A DNA stretch of 62,851 nucleotides, the filler included, from Basidiobolus meristosporus CBS 931.73 (taxonomy: Eukaryota; Fungi; Basidiobolomycota), in the NCBI GenBank assembly GCA_002104905.1. It is 4 parts of 4 records of this genome, joined end to end, with 100 filler letters (N's around TTAATTAATTAA, not from the genome) between each part and the next. Parts side by side here need not be neighbours in the genome. Positions count along the whole stretch, not along the records: positions 29,998 to 43,825 come from MCFE01001193.1; positions 43,926 to 53,575 come from MCFE01001320.1; 2 more parts are not named here. One strand, written 5' to 3'. A program made the translations under genes and the position numbers. The notes beneath the pieces were generated by a model. The model worked only from the letters and a program-made list of their open reading frames with translations, was not told the DNA's origin and did no database searches. This document shows, piece after piece, positions 33,140 through 43,999 of the stretch (position 1 is the stretch's first letter; each line of letters begins with the position of its first letter).

Positions 33140-35974
33140 TTACTCCTCATCTGTCGTCTCGTCAACCTCCTCTTCATCTTCGTGCATCAGAGATCCACTG
33201 CCTTGCGCTTCATGTAATTGGCTCAAGTACCGATCATCTTGCTCTTGAAGTTGTAATGAAATTGGTACTTCGGATGCTTCATCTACCAACGTATGCGTCA
33301 TCTGGCCAAATAAGCCAATCTTACGAGTTTGACTGTCAATTACACCCTGAGCTTCAATGGAATCTTGCATGACTAACTGGTAACTAGAAACATTATTTGG
33401 TTGATTCACCCTCCAAACTCTGGCCTTTGCTTGGATTTCTACATAGGGATTCCACCAATTGTCGGCAATGATCACCGCCGATGCCATCTGCAAATTTAAT
33501 CCAAATGCGCCACATTTGATGTTGATCAGTAACACACGAATTTCGCCCTCCGGAACTGGCAATGCAAATGTATCTATACTGCTCTTTTGTATCCGAACTG
33601 GGGTGGAACCGGTAATCTTCAGATGTTCAATGCTCTGCTCCCTCAAATGGTAAGCCACTATGTCGAGCATCAGATTAAACCCAGAAAAAATAATAACACG
33701 TGCGTGCTCCTTATTTTCTTGGATTTCAAGCAGGATTTCCATGATTTTCCTAGTTTTGCCACTATGCTTGTTCACAGTGTTGTTGGTTACACCAGTGAGG
33801 AAATCTTGGATGAATAGCCTGTTGGAGTCCTCTAACGCAAGCCCTCTTTGGGCAATTGTAGGGTCGTCTTCGGTGCGTATGGCAGTTGGTGCAGAAGTAG
33901 ATGGAACGTTGGATGAGCTGTCAACCTCTTCGCTATTAATCTCTTGAAGCTGCTCCTCAACCTCAACCTCAACCGCAACCGCCTCAAGATCCTCATCAAT
34001 CTCAGGTAGAAAATCATCCTCACTCATCTCGACATCTTGGACAATGCTAACATCAGCCGCTTTTTTCAGTCAATTCCTCTTCCTACTCCAGGTATACATA
34101 TATGGATGGCATGAGTACAGACGCAGATAGGTATTTGCACCCATCCGACCGACTTCCTCTGGAAGACTTTGCTGCAGTTGTTTGTACTCCTGCAGCTCCT
34201 CCGGCAAGAATTGGCACAAGACAATCTGCTCTTGAATACTAGGCATGGATACTGCGCGTTCTCCAAATATTTGCGACTCTGGAACACGTCTCAATATTAA
34301 TGGGCCAAGTCTTTCTACAACCCATTCAACTAGCCTGTTTGCATTGGCCTCCTCAAGTAGGAGTCGATGGAAATCCTTTGGAATGCCTTCCCATAGATTG
34401 AATAATGTGAAATATGAATAAAGATCCATAATCTCATTTTGGAATGTGGTGGCAGTGACAAGTATCAAGGATTCTCCATCAATTTTACTCACTGCGTTTA
34501 AGCTACCGCCTTCGTAGTTCTTAAGTGTATCTGCCTCATCGGCCACTATTCGGCCAAATTTCACATTCCATATAGGCGAATCAGGGTTCCTTGCTTCAAC
34601 ACATAGTGTGTGGTAGGTGGTGAGCACAATCCTCTTAGTCTCCATATCTGACTTCTTGATAGCTCGGAATTTTCCATGAAATACATGAAGCTCTTCATCG
34701 GATATCCTTGTTTTTGTCTTTATCTCCATCACCCAATTGAGAAGTATTCCAAGCGTGACAACAATAAGATTTGGCCTTTGCACAGGTGTCTCCAATATGA
34801 GACTTAATATTTGCAATGTCTTTCCAAGTCCCATGGAATCGGCAAGCAATGCTCCTTTATGGATGGCCTCTGTATACATCAGCCATTGTACGCCGAATGC
34901 TTGATGGTTCTTAAGTGGGACAGTAAGACCATGGGCACTATGCCGCAAGATATTTTCAGTCTCAGCACTTCCTTCGCCTTCCCTCTCGTGCCGCTGAGAG
35001 ATTGCTGCCAATTCATTAAGAATGCGCCCTAGTAGCTGCTTTGTACTCATTTCTTCCTGACTTGGATCGGGAGGGTAAATCCAGATCTGATTATCGACAT
35101 CATAGGTGAATGTAACATTTGCATTATTGATGTATTGGATTTGGTTGCCATACTCGTTTACCACAGCAATAAAGTTTTCTCCAAGCTCCTGTATTGCTGA
35201 GTGTACATATCGTCTTTCCCAATCACCAGTTCGCAATTTTAAACAGTAGAACTCGTTTAAAAAACTCCCATTTGGTTGAGTATAAGGTGGTTCCGATGGT
35301 GTAGGATAGCCGCCCAGCAAGAATAAGCAATCAAATGCGTACGTAAGAACTGCCCAACCTCTTGCTGAAGGCATATTTGCCGGATTATTCAAGAATGGCC
35401 TTGTCTCCAATACTCTGGAGCATCCATTGCCATCTTTGTACGTGATTACCTCCAGCTTGCTCAGTCTTCTATTGATTGTCTCCCCACTCTTGCTTTGTAT
35501 CGCTTTTTTCCCCCGTTTTTTGGCACTTTCATGTCGCCCTGAGTATTCTCTACGGCTCAGCTCAAAACCACCATATATGTAGAGATTCTCGTGGTCACTA
35601 GCACAGCTGTTGCCAATTAAAATCACCCCTTTGGCTGCCTCTGTAGTTGATATGTTGTCTGGAGTTGGGAGAACTGTCACTGTGATGACTTCATCACCGT
35701 GTAGATCTGCAAGGTGAATCATTTGAACCTTTGAGCTGGGCTCATAGAGTATTCCGCGGCCGGATGTTTCTTCAGCTCTACGCTCATCATAAGGCGAGGA
35801 TATTTTGCTGTCTTGAAAGTGCTCAACAGAATACCCTCCATATAATAGCAAGTATCTCATAGACGGGGTAATGGTCATTGAGCAATAGCTGCGTTTTGTT
35901 ACACCTGCCACCGTCGCCAGGTAAACGCCAAAATGTTTCCGATGCTCCTTGTAACTGCTGGCTTCTAATGCCAT
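33140..35974 (-). CDS. Kelch-repeat / SNF2-family (Rad5/16-like) ATPase fusion, split by one in-frame TGA at 34070-34072
   Basis: Kelch GG motifs (LLYGG, YIYGG, FLLGG); motif I LADSMGLGKT, II IVADEAD, III VTAT, V GAFGLNL, DNWWNP, VI QAKARVWR. ORFs 34070-36040 and 33140-34027 are in frame, 42 nt apart. Probable ATG at 35974. Confidence 0.9.
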
Positions 35975-36165
35975 TGGGATAGGGATACAACAACTGCTGC
36001 GTGATTTATGTGACGGTGAATACTTGATAATACACCACAACTTGAAAGCTCTTAAGTACTACATACTTTACATATATTAGTCTGTAAATCGTCAATCTTA
36101 TCAGTTCAACTTATTACTTGTCAATTCATTGATTTGGGATGGTGGAAATTCTTTATTTACTCAAG

Positions 36166-37026
36166 TTAGCCAGAGGATGGCGGTGGTGATGGGGGCACAG
36201 ATAGTGATGATGGGGGAAGTGATAGCGATGAATCAACCTGTGGTATTTTTAAGATGACAATATGACTTGGTCTCTCCGCCTCCATTACAGTTACTGGTTG
36301 GCCTATAGTATCCCCACTCTGCTTCTCCACGTCTTCTTCGCACACTTCCATATCAACCTGCGTGGGGGCCATTCTCATTGTTGTGGAGGATTCTGCTCTT
36401 GTCTCTTGGCTTGTGGTAGGTTCAAGGGAGGAAGTAGTATCCCCTCCAATACTGTCGCTCGCAAGTACACCTGGGTCTGAAGATGCACCCTGCTCATCGC
36501 TTGCCCTGATGCGGGCAAACTTTTCCACCATTTGTGCCACTAATGCCTCAGTAGAATGGTGGAAACTGAAATCAATCTGGGCTTGAAGTCCAGCAATATC
36601 CCGATTTAGCTTTACAATATCACCCCTCCTCTGTTTAATCTCCTGGCACATACGTCGCAATATCTCATGGTGCGATGTTGTCCTATATTCCGGAAGCTCT
36701 TGTCAAACCTCTGACAATGCTTGGGAAACTTGGTTGACCGGCCGCCTGGTAGTGACTACAGCAACTTGCTCAGCATCATTCACGTTTGCTGCAACACCTC
36801 CTTCACGCTCCTCTTGGATTTGGCCACCTCCTTGCCCTCTTCCTCTTCCGCGCCCGGTTCCGCGTCCTCTTCCGCGTCCTTGTCCCCTTCCTCGCTCTCT
36901 TTGTTCTCTACCTTCGCTCCTGGCAGCTACCCGGCTACTGCCTGCTTCCATGCTTCTTGTTTTATGAAGGATTATGTCTACTTTCTCCACTTTTATACTC
37001 ATTCTCGGATGATGCCGGTGGCCCAT
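36166..37026 (-). CDS. Orphan protein: RG/RGG-rich N-terminus, coiled coil, S/P-rich tail; split by one in-frame TGA at 36703-36705
   Basis: ORFs 36703-37026 and 36166-36660 share a frame (SEV*QELPEYRTTSHHEILRRMCQEIK). Confidence 0.65.
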
Positions 37027-37183
37027 TCATCATATCTTTCCTTTGAGGTTACTGAGCTTCTTGATCCTACGTAACATCCGTCTAGCCAGTAATTGAATCA
37101 TTTGATGTACACATAAGTTAACTTTATTCTGTTCTTATTAAAACCCTTTTATTTTATTAAAATGCAAAACTACATTGGCAAAA

Positions 37184-37645
37184 TTATTTGGTTTCTGTAA
37201 ACATCAATTCTTGTTCCGTCTCTTGGCTGTGCGACTGTTTCTCTACAAGATCTAAGAAGTGATGCAATTGACTATCACTTAATTTATTAGTCTCTGCCTG
37301 ACTCTCCTTCATGCGCTTATACTCCAAATAAGCCACTTGGAGTACTTTATAGTGAGGCAAAGAAGAACTAAGCTGAAGTTCGTTTCGGAACTGCTCAATC
37401 GCATTGGTTCGTTTTCTCCTCAGGGCAACTGAGTCATCTGCCAATTTTTTCCGAGTTTTCTCCAGGTATTCAGGACTTCCAAAGGTACCACTACCAGAAC
37501 TGGTAATTGTACTGCTCTCCTCGCCGCAATCGTTGTCTATAGTAGACTCTTGGTCTTCCTTTGGAGCGCGAGAACTGCTATGGTAGAGGCAGCTTCCTCT
37601 TTTGGTCTTGATCCCCGAGTAGCGGTCCTTAAGCTTTCCCCTCAT
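37184..37645 (-). CDS. 153-aa orphan, basic helical protein (NLS-like RRKR)
   Basis: Intact ATG-TAA ORF, co-oriented with the cluster. Confidence 0.55.
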   Translation of the reverse strand: MRGKLKDRYSGIKTKRGSCLYHSSSRAPKEDQESTIDNDCGEESSTITSSGSGTFGSPEYLEKTRKKLADDSVALRRKRTNAIEQFRNELQLSSSLPHYKVLQVAYLEYKRMKESQAETNKLSDSQLHHFLDLVEKQSHSQETEQELMFTETK

Positions 37646-38049
37646 GGCTTGTTTATTGTCCGTGTTGGTGCTCTACTTGGTGGAGTGTCTGTGACTGCTG
37701 TTTGACTACTAGTTGTTTTCTTCTGTCCTGCAGATTTATATTACTTTCATATACACTTACTTCATCACATTTCACTTTTGCCTCTCTTGTGACTGTACTC
37801 TGGTTTCATTCCTCAACGGCTAGACAAAACCAAGGCCACCGCATATTGGGTGCGGTGGTTTAGTGATCAAAGAGCAAGCTACTGATGCTAATATTGATTT
37901 TGAGCATGTTGTCTAGGAATATCTTGGAACCAAGTTGAGTAAATAGTTACTCAATAATTCACTTAGTACCACTGTTTGCGCATAAATACTTGCTAACAAC
38001 AAAGCAATGCTTTTCTATGATGTTCGATTCCTATGCGGCTGTTTGTTGA

Positions 38050-38510
38050 TAGTCCCTACAATACACAAGTGAGCGTTTAAAGTAAGCATCCACACTACTT
38101 TCTGGGGGTATGGTTACCGCGCACTATAAAAGTGCGTTAGGGACTCAGGTAAAACTATTGTGATGAAAAATAAAAGCACTTTATTACCACGCGGCTGATG
38201 ATTGATGACTCCCGCTAGACACAAGTAAACGTAGCTAGTGGGCATCCTTAAAACCTGTTGGGGTATGGCTACTGCGTACTTTCAAAGTGCGTTAAGGATT
38301 CATACAAAATTAGCATGATGAAAAATAAAAGCATTTCAGTACCGCGCGGCTGATGATTGATGGCTCCCGCTAGACACAAGTAAACGTAGCTAGTGGGCAT
38401 CCTTAAAACCTGTTGGGGTATGGCTACTGCGTACTTTCAAAGTGCGTTAGGAACTCATGTAAAACTATCATGATGAAAAATAAAAGCACTTTTGTACCAC
38501 GTGGCTAAGT
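38050..38510. repeat. 155-bp tandem repeat (about 3 copies)
   Basis: GATGAAAAATAAAAGC at 38162, 38317, 38472; TACC(A/G)CG(C/T)GGC in each unit. Confidence 0.93.
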
Positions 38511-39139
38511 TTTACAATTCCCGCGGGATACATGTGCGCATAGAACATAAGTAGTAGTTGCGATGGTGTCAAATAAAGTTTCTATTATAGCCATAATATA
38601 TATTGAACTTTGGATACACTTTATATTTGGTAAAAGCAATCGGGTTACAGAAAATTTGTATTGGCCATGAATTTTTTTATCATATTAGGGCCGCGCAATT
38701 TATGGTGCCCGAAGCTTATCAAAATATGGGATTGTGGTCAGATTGGGATGAATCCCATTAATTATTAGATATACATTAAAATAACAATTTATTAATTAAA
38801 TAGTCATCAAGACTTATACAGAGCATATGGACAGTATGTAGGGAGACAAATATTGGCCCAGACATGCCCACTATATGAGCAGACAATGTGCCAATTGTAG
38901 GGTGAAAATATTTATGGTTAGGGTGATAAGGGTTAGGAGGAGGAATTCTAACCCTAAGGGACCAGAACCAAGAATGAGAGAAAAGTAATCCAACGGGAAT
39001 TTAAAGAGTATGGAGCAGTATGGGGGATTGCATCCCCCAAACCCCCTGCTTTTTTATTCTCTAGGGGACTGCGTCCCCCAGACCCCCTGCTCTTCTAACC
39101 TTTTCCTAGCCCTTACTATAACACCTACACCCTACCTAT

Positions 39140-39457
39140 ACTCATTAGAGGAATCTCTGCTCTCAAGATTCACTTCACTTATCAAACAACTCCCCTTCAC
39201 CTGCTGTTACACACTTCTTGAAAGATTACTGTATATCTCTCAAGCTTATCTACTTCACTCCCCCATGCAACCTGACACTCTCAGATGTACTCTGGAGATA
39301 CTGCCTTAACTTTAGCTTAGATTTATCTCATCATTGCAGACTTAGTGTTTACTTTGGGAGAATCTTCTATTCCCAGCTGGCTTCTTTATTTGTAGTTAGA
39401 CTTAGTCTGCATTCAAATAAAGATTTCACCTACCTTGGTGACTATTCCCTCCCCTAA
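39140..39457 (+). mobile_element. 3' part of ORF1-only element
   Basis: SLEESLLSRFTSLIK.. plus 3' UTR matching 25590-25900; ends CCCTCCCCTAA. Confidence 0.88.
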
Positions 39458-42400
39458 GACTCTCTACTGCTTCAACAAGCCTCCAGCCCATGTTGCCATT
39501 CTGTCTTTCTTTGCTGCCATCAAGAGACAAGCCCCCTCCTATGATGTGGCATACTTCCTCAAGAACCATGCCATTTCCCTCCTTGCTGACTTAAGTGATG
39601 CACCATTTGAAGAGCTCTGGGACTCTGCAGGTCACATTGTTAATGCTGCCTCTGAAGAAGCTACAACCTCTGCCTGACTACCTGAAGTTCTGTTGCTTAA
39701 CTGCAACAGCATACAGCCATCAAGACCAACTCTAGAGAGACTTCTTTCAAGATTTTCCCTCCTGTGTTTGATTGATGTCCAGCTACCCTCTATACTTTTG
39801 ACTAATCTATATTGCTTTTCTACTCCTAGAACAAAGAATACCTCCTCTATCTGCTTCATCTCTTCTACCATCAATACTCCTCAGCTCTGTGTTCCTCTTT
39901 ACTCCCCTTACTGTGCTGCTCTCCAGTTGCCAACTATCAGTCTGGTGCTCTGCTATCTGCCTCCAAGTCTAGCCCTTCAGGAAGTGCAAGTTATATGCCA
40001 GAAGTTCAGCAATACCAACAATCTATATCAACACCTGTTATCTTGCTTGGAGATCTCAACATTCCCCATCCTGAGAACAAGACTACTCTGACTGCAAGAA
40101 TGAAGCCAAGGTCTACATTCCTACTGAACTTCCTGAGAGAAAGCCACCTGCTAGCACTAGGTGCTCAATCTGAGAAAAGATGTGTTGACTGGATCTGCCC
40201 TTCTGCTGCTGCCCTCTACTTTGTGAATGAAGTTAAGCAATTCTCTGGAGCTGAGCTAGGATCCTTGAGAGCCTCTGACCACCCAGCCTGGTCCCTTTCT
40301 ATGCAACCAGTTGTGAAGAAGAAGCTGCCAAAACTTACTGTGCTCACCCACAAAGCTACCAAGAATCAGAAGAAAGACTTTGGGAACTACTTGAAGCTTG
40401 CCAGTTTGCTACTTTCTCTGCCAGATGATCTCAACTTTGCCTGGCTCTTTGTGAAGCATCTGATTCTGGTGTCTGCCTCCCTCTCACTGCCATGCAAGAC
40501 TACTGCTGTTACCTCAAGAAAATGGGAATCCATTGTTTCAGCCCTGCAACAAAGCTACCTGAGCTTCCCTAACCCAAAAACAGAGAAACTCCTCCTGACA
40601 GCAATACACCACTCCAAGGCAATTCACCACACTCTGCATACTCAGCTCTGGGATCATATTATGAGTTCCTTGCCTCTGCAATCTTCCAACTCTATAACAA
40701 GAACAGTATCAAGACTCTACAGGGCAATGAGGCCCTCTTCCAGGAAGTTACCTTCAACAGAACAGCTGGCTAACATCTTCTTCTCTACAAAGCAGTACTC
40801 AACTCCTGGCTTTCATCCTGACTTCAAGACTCTGCCCATCCCACTTGCACTTGATCAAAGGAGAATCCATAATGTGCTCAAGAGGCTTCCCAACTCTACT
40901 GCTCCAGGTGTGGACACAATCTCCTATGAGCTTCTGAAGACTAGTACCAAGGCCATGTCTGCACTTCTGCTTCCACTGTTTCAGCAATGCTCAGCCCAGC
41001 TTTCTACTCCTGAGGAATGGTCCTTTGCAAATGTTCTGCCACTGTACAAGGGTAAAGGAAAGCACCTGGATCCTAGCTCCTACAGGCCAATATCTCTGCT
41101 GCCCACCTGCAGAAAGGTGTTTGAGCTTCTGCTTGCTCAGGAGCTCTACTCTGACTCCCTCAAGTTTCATCCTGCACAGTTTGGCTTTGTTCCTGGCCTC
41201 TCCTTGGAATATGCAGTCATACTTAGCCAAGATCACTCTCTCCAGTGCAAGTATCCCTCTGTTCTGTTTGATATTACTAAGGCCTTTGATTCAGTTGACA
41301 GAAATCTGCTTTGGTCCAAGTTGCAATGCTTCTCCAGTACCTCTCTCACCCTCCTTGTCAGGTCTCTGTTTCTGGATCCACAAGCAAGAATTCTGCACCC
41401 AAGTGAGCAATCAGCTGTGTTCTCAGTTCCTAATGGAGTGGTTCAAGGCTCTGTGCTTGGTCCTATACTGTTTGCCATCTTCCTGAATGATTTCCCAAGA
41501 CTCTCAGCTGACTGCCTGGTTACTCTCTTTGCTGATGACATCAGAATATCCTCCTCCAATGTGCAACAAGACTCCCAGACCATCCACCAGTATCTGCAGA
41601 AGAATAATCTCCAGCTTTCCATTGCAAAGACAGTACCTTTGGGCTCTCCCATCAACTTGGAGAACTCCACTCTACCTGCTCAGGTTTCTGCTACATATCT
41701 TGGCTTTCCTTTCCTTCCTACTGGACTAGACTCTGGAGCACACCTGAAGAAGAGAATTATCCTGGCAAGACAGGCACTCCACAAGCTACTGGCTGTTACT
41801 CCTCCTACAACTTCAGCTCCCAGCTGCCTCCTTCTACTCAAGCAGTTTGTCTTCCCTGTCCTGGAATTTGGCTTACCACTTCTCTCTCTTACTTCTAGAG
41901 ACTGCACTAAGCTTGACAAGTTTGCAGTATGGTGCATTACCTCCTTGGTGCCTCATTTGCCTGAATGCCCCTACAGACATGCTATTCTTGGTGCTTTTGG
42001 GTTTATGCCCTATAAGATCAGACTTCTCTACCTTAGAACCAGATTATACCTCAGACTTCACAACTGCAACAACCCACTGATTAAGGCCTGGAAGAGAACA
42101 CACCACACAACACCTGGCTCCTGCTGGAGAACTATACTTGGAGATCCTGAAGTCAAGAAGTTTGCTCACTATATTCTGCAGTCAGAAAAACCCAAGCTGG
42201 CCTACCTGAAGTACTTGACAGACCTTTGGCAGCAATATCTGCAGCAGCACACTCCCTTTATGATGAATATCAATCCTTATCACATTCCCCTCATTAATGT
42301 TGTTCACAAGTCATTCTTACCTCTCTTGCTACCCCCCTTCCCACTGAACAGTGTCTTGAGCACTGAAGAACTATCATCACTTCTTATTAACTTACCTACA

Positions 42401-42514
42401 AATTCCCCTCAGCTACACACTCTTGTATCAAAGCTACAACAGTAGCGCTGGCTTCTTTGTTTCAACTGAAATAAAGATTTCACCTGTTGGTGACTGTCTC
42501 CCCCCCTACCTAAC
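39458..42514 (+). mobile_element. LINE (RT subfamily 2): ORF1 C-terminal remnant + APE endonuclease-RT ORF2, shared 3' signature
   Basis: ORF1 tail 39458-39677; APE motifs NCNS, CYLPP, ILLGDLN, VDW, SDH (frameshift near 40010-40040); RT FADD; ends AATAAAGATTTCACCTGTTGGTGAC..CCCCCTACCTAA. Confidence 0.93.
39693..42445 (+). CDS. ORF2: apurinic-type endonuclease + reverse transcriptase (one frameshift)
   Basis: ORFs 39693-40091 and 39995-42445; homologous to 27633-29639. Confidence 0.93.
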
Positions 42515-42935
42515 ACTAGCTGTATCCAACTTCATACCATGTTGTCAATCTGATCAGCAATTGATATAATGATGTGCTCATTGAGATGCTTGATCAACCA
42601 TCTGGCAAGTAAGCTCTGATTGCTGAATCCTTGAATGCTAATTGCCAGATTTGCCTAGTAATTTGCCAGTGATCGCCAGAAATTCTCTCAGTTCCCAGTC
42701 TACTGCCATCGGCACAATTCAGCTACGCAACAGTATACTTAGCTCAGATATATTCAGATTCTCACTTCTCAGCTGGCTTCAGAAACCTCTCTCAGACCTA
42801 GCTAACTAGAATATAGTACACTCAGCTTCTCACTCTCAGACCTGCTTACAGGAAGATATCTCTCAGACTAGCTTTCTAGATACTTCAGATTAACTTGCTT
42901 CTTAGATACTTGTCATAAGTAAATAAAGATTTCAC
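42515..42935 (+). mobile_element. Second copy of the tRNA-headed SINE, with systematically shortened homopolymers
   Basis: Collinear with the reverse complement of 26930-27440 but with many single-base deletions in runs. Confidence 0.85.
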
Positions 42936-43660
42936 TCACTTGGCTGTTACTCCTCCTACAACTCACTCCAGCTGCCTCCTTCTACTCAAGCAGTTTGTCT
43001 TCCCTGTCCTGGAATTTGGCTTACCACTTCTCTCTCTTACTTCTAGAGACTGCACTAAGCTTGACAAGTTTGCAGTATGGTGCATTACCTCCTTGGTGCC
43101 TCATTTGCCTGAATGCCCCTACAGACATGCTATTCTTGGTGCTTTTGGGTTTATGCCCTATAAGATCAGACTTCTCTACCTTAGAACCAGATTATACCTC
43201 AGACTTCACAACTGCAACAACCCACTGATTAAGGCCTGGAAGAGAACACACCACACAACACCTGACTCCTGCTGGAGAACTATACTTGGAGATCCTGAAG
43301 TCAAGAAGTTTGCTCACTATATTCTGCAGTCAGAAAAACCCAAGCTGGCCTACCTGAAGTACTTGACAGACCTTTGGCAGCAATATCTGCAGCAGCACAC
43401 TCCCTTTATGATGAATATCAATCCTTATCACATTCCCCTCATTAATGTTGTTCACAAGTCATTCTTACCTCTCTTGCTACCTCCCTTCCCACTGAACAGT
43501 GTCTTGAGCACTGAAGAGCTATCATCACTTCTTATTAACTTACCTACAAATTCCCCTCAGCTACACACTCTTGTATCAAAGCTGCAACAGTAGTGCTGGC
43601 TTCTTTGTTTCAACTGAAATAAAGATTTCACCTGTTGGTGACTGTCTCCCCCCCTACCCT
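42933..43660 (+). repeat. Near-identical duplicate of the LINE 3' end (41790-42514)
   Basis: ORF 42940-43593 is almost identical to the last ~215 aa of ORF2, including the 3' signature. Confidence 0.93.
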
Positions 43661-43825
43661 CACCAAAATACCAGGTACCCAGAACATGAAAATTCTCAAA
43701 GTTGTCCAAACAGCCCCAAACTTTGCACACATACTCTTGGGACCTTCCTTAACCTAATCTACATGTTTGTAATGCCAAGACCAGGTAAAAGTATAAATAC
43801 TACTCTTACATTCAATAAATCATTA
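43661..43825 (+). repeat. Copia family A LTR fragment
   Basis: Matches 5845-6005; cut by the gap. Confidence 0.88.
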
Positions 43826-43999
43826 NNNNNNNNNNNNNNNNNNNNNNNNNNNNNNNNNNNNNNNNNNNNTTAATTAATTAANNNNNNNNNNNNNNNNNNN
43901 NNNNNNNNNNNNNNNNNNNNNNNNNCAATCACGTCACAGCTGAAGCCGAAAACGGCGTCTTCATCAGTGTAGGCCTAGACCAGATAGTCATGACGTGCA

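Larger units (their letters stand above)
29998..38900 (-). mobile_element. Candidate tyrosine-recombinase-mobilised large element (YR + Kelch-SNF2 + orphan ORFs)
   Basis: Four compact co-oriented genes, two tandem arrays with a shared core, CpG-rich unlike flanking TEs. Left end lost in the gap; right end approximate. Confidence 0.6.

Noticed and set aside
34070-36705. Alternative genetic code (TGA=Trp) for the YR cluster
   Set aside because: Only two TGAs, neither at a position where Trp is expected; all conserved Trp residues use TGG; CGA>TGA mutation is simpler.
42515-43660. Apparent rapid SINE divergence and tandem duplication of the LINE 3' end
   Set aside because: Differences are almost all homopolymer shortenings and lie near a contig end; most likely a low-quality read or mis-join, so not treated as a biological rearrangement.
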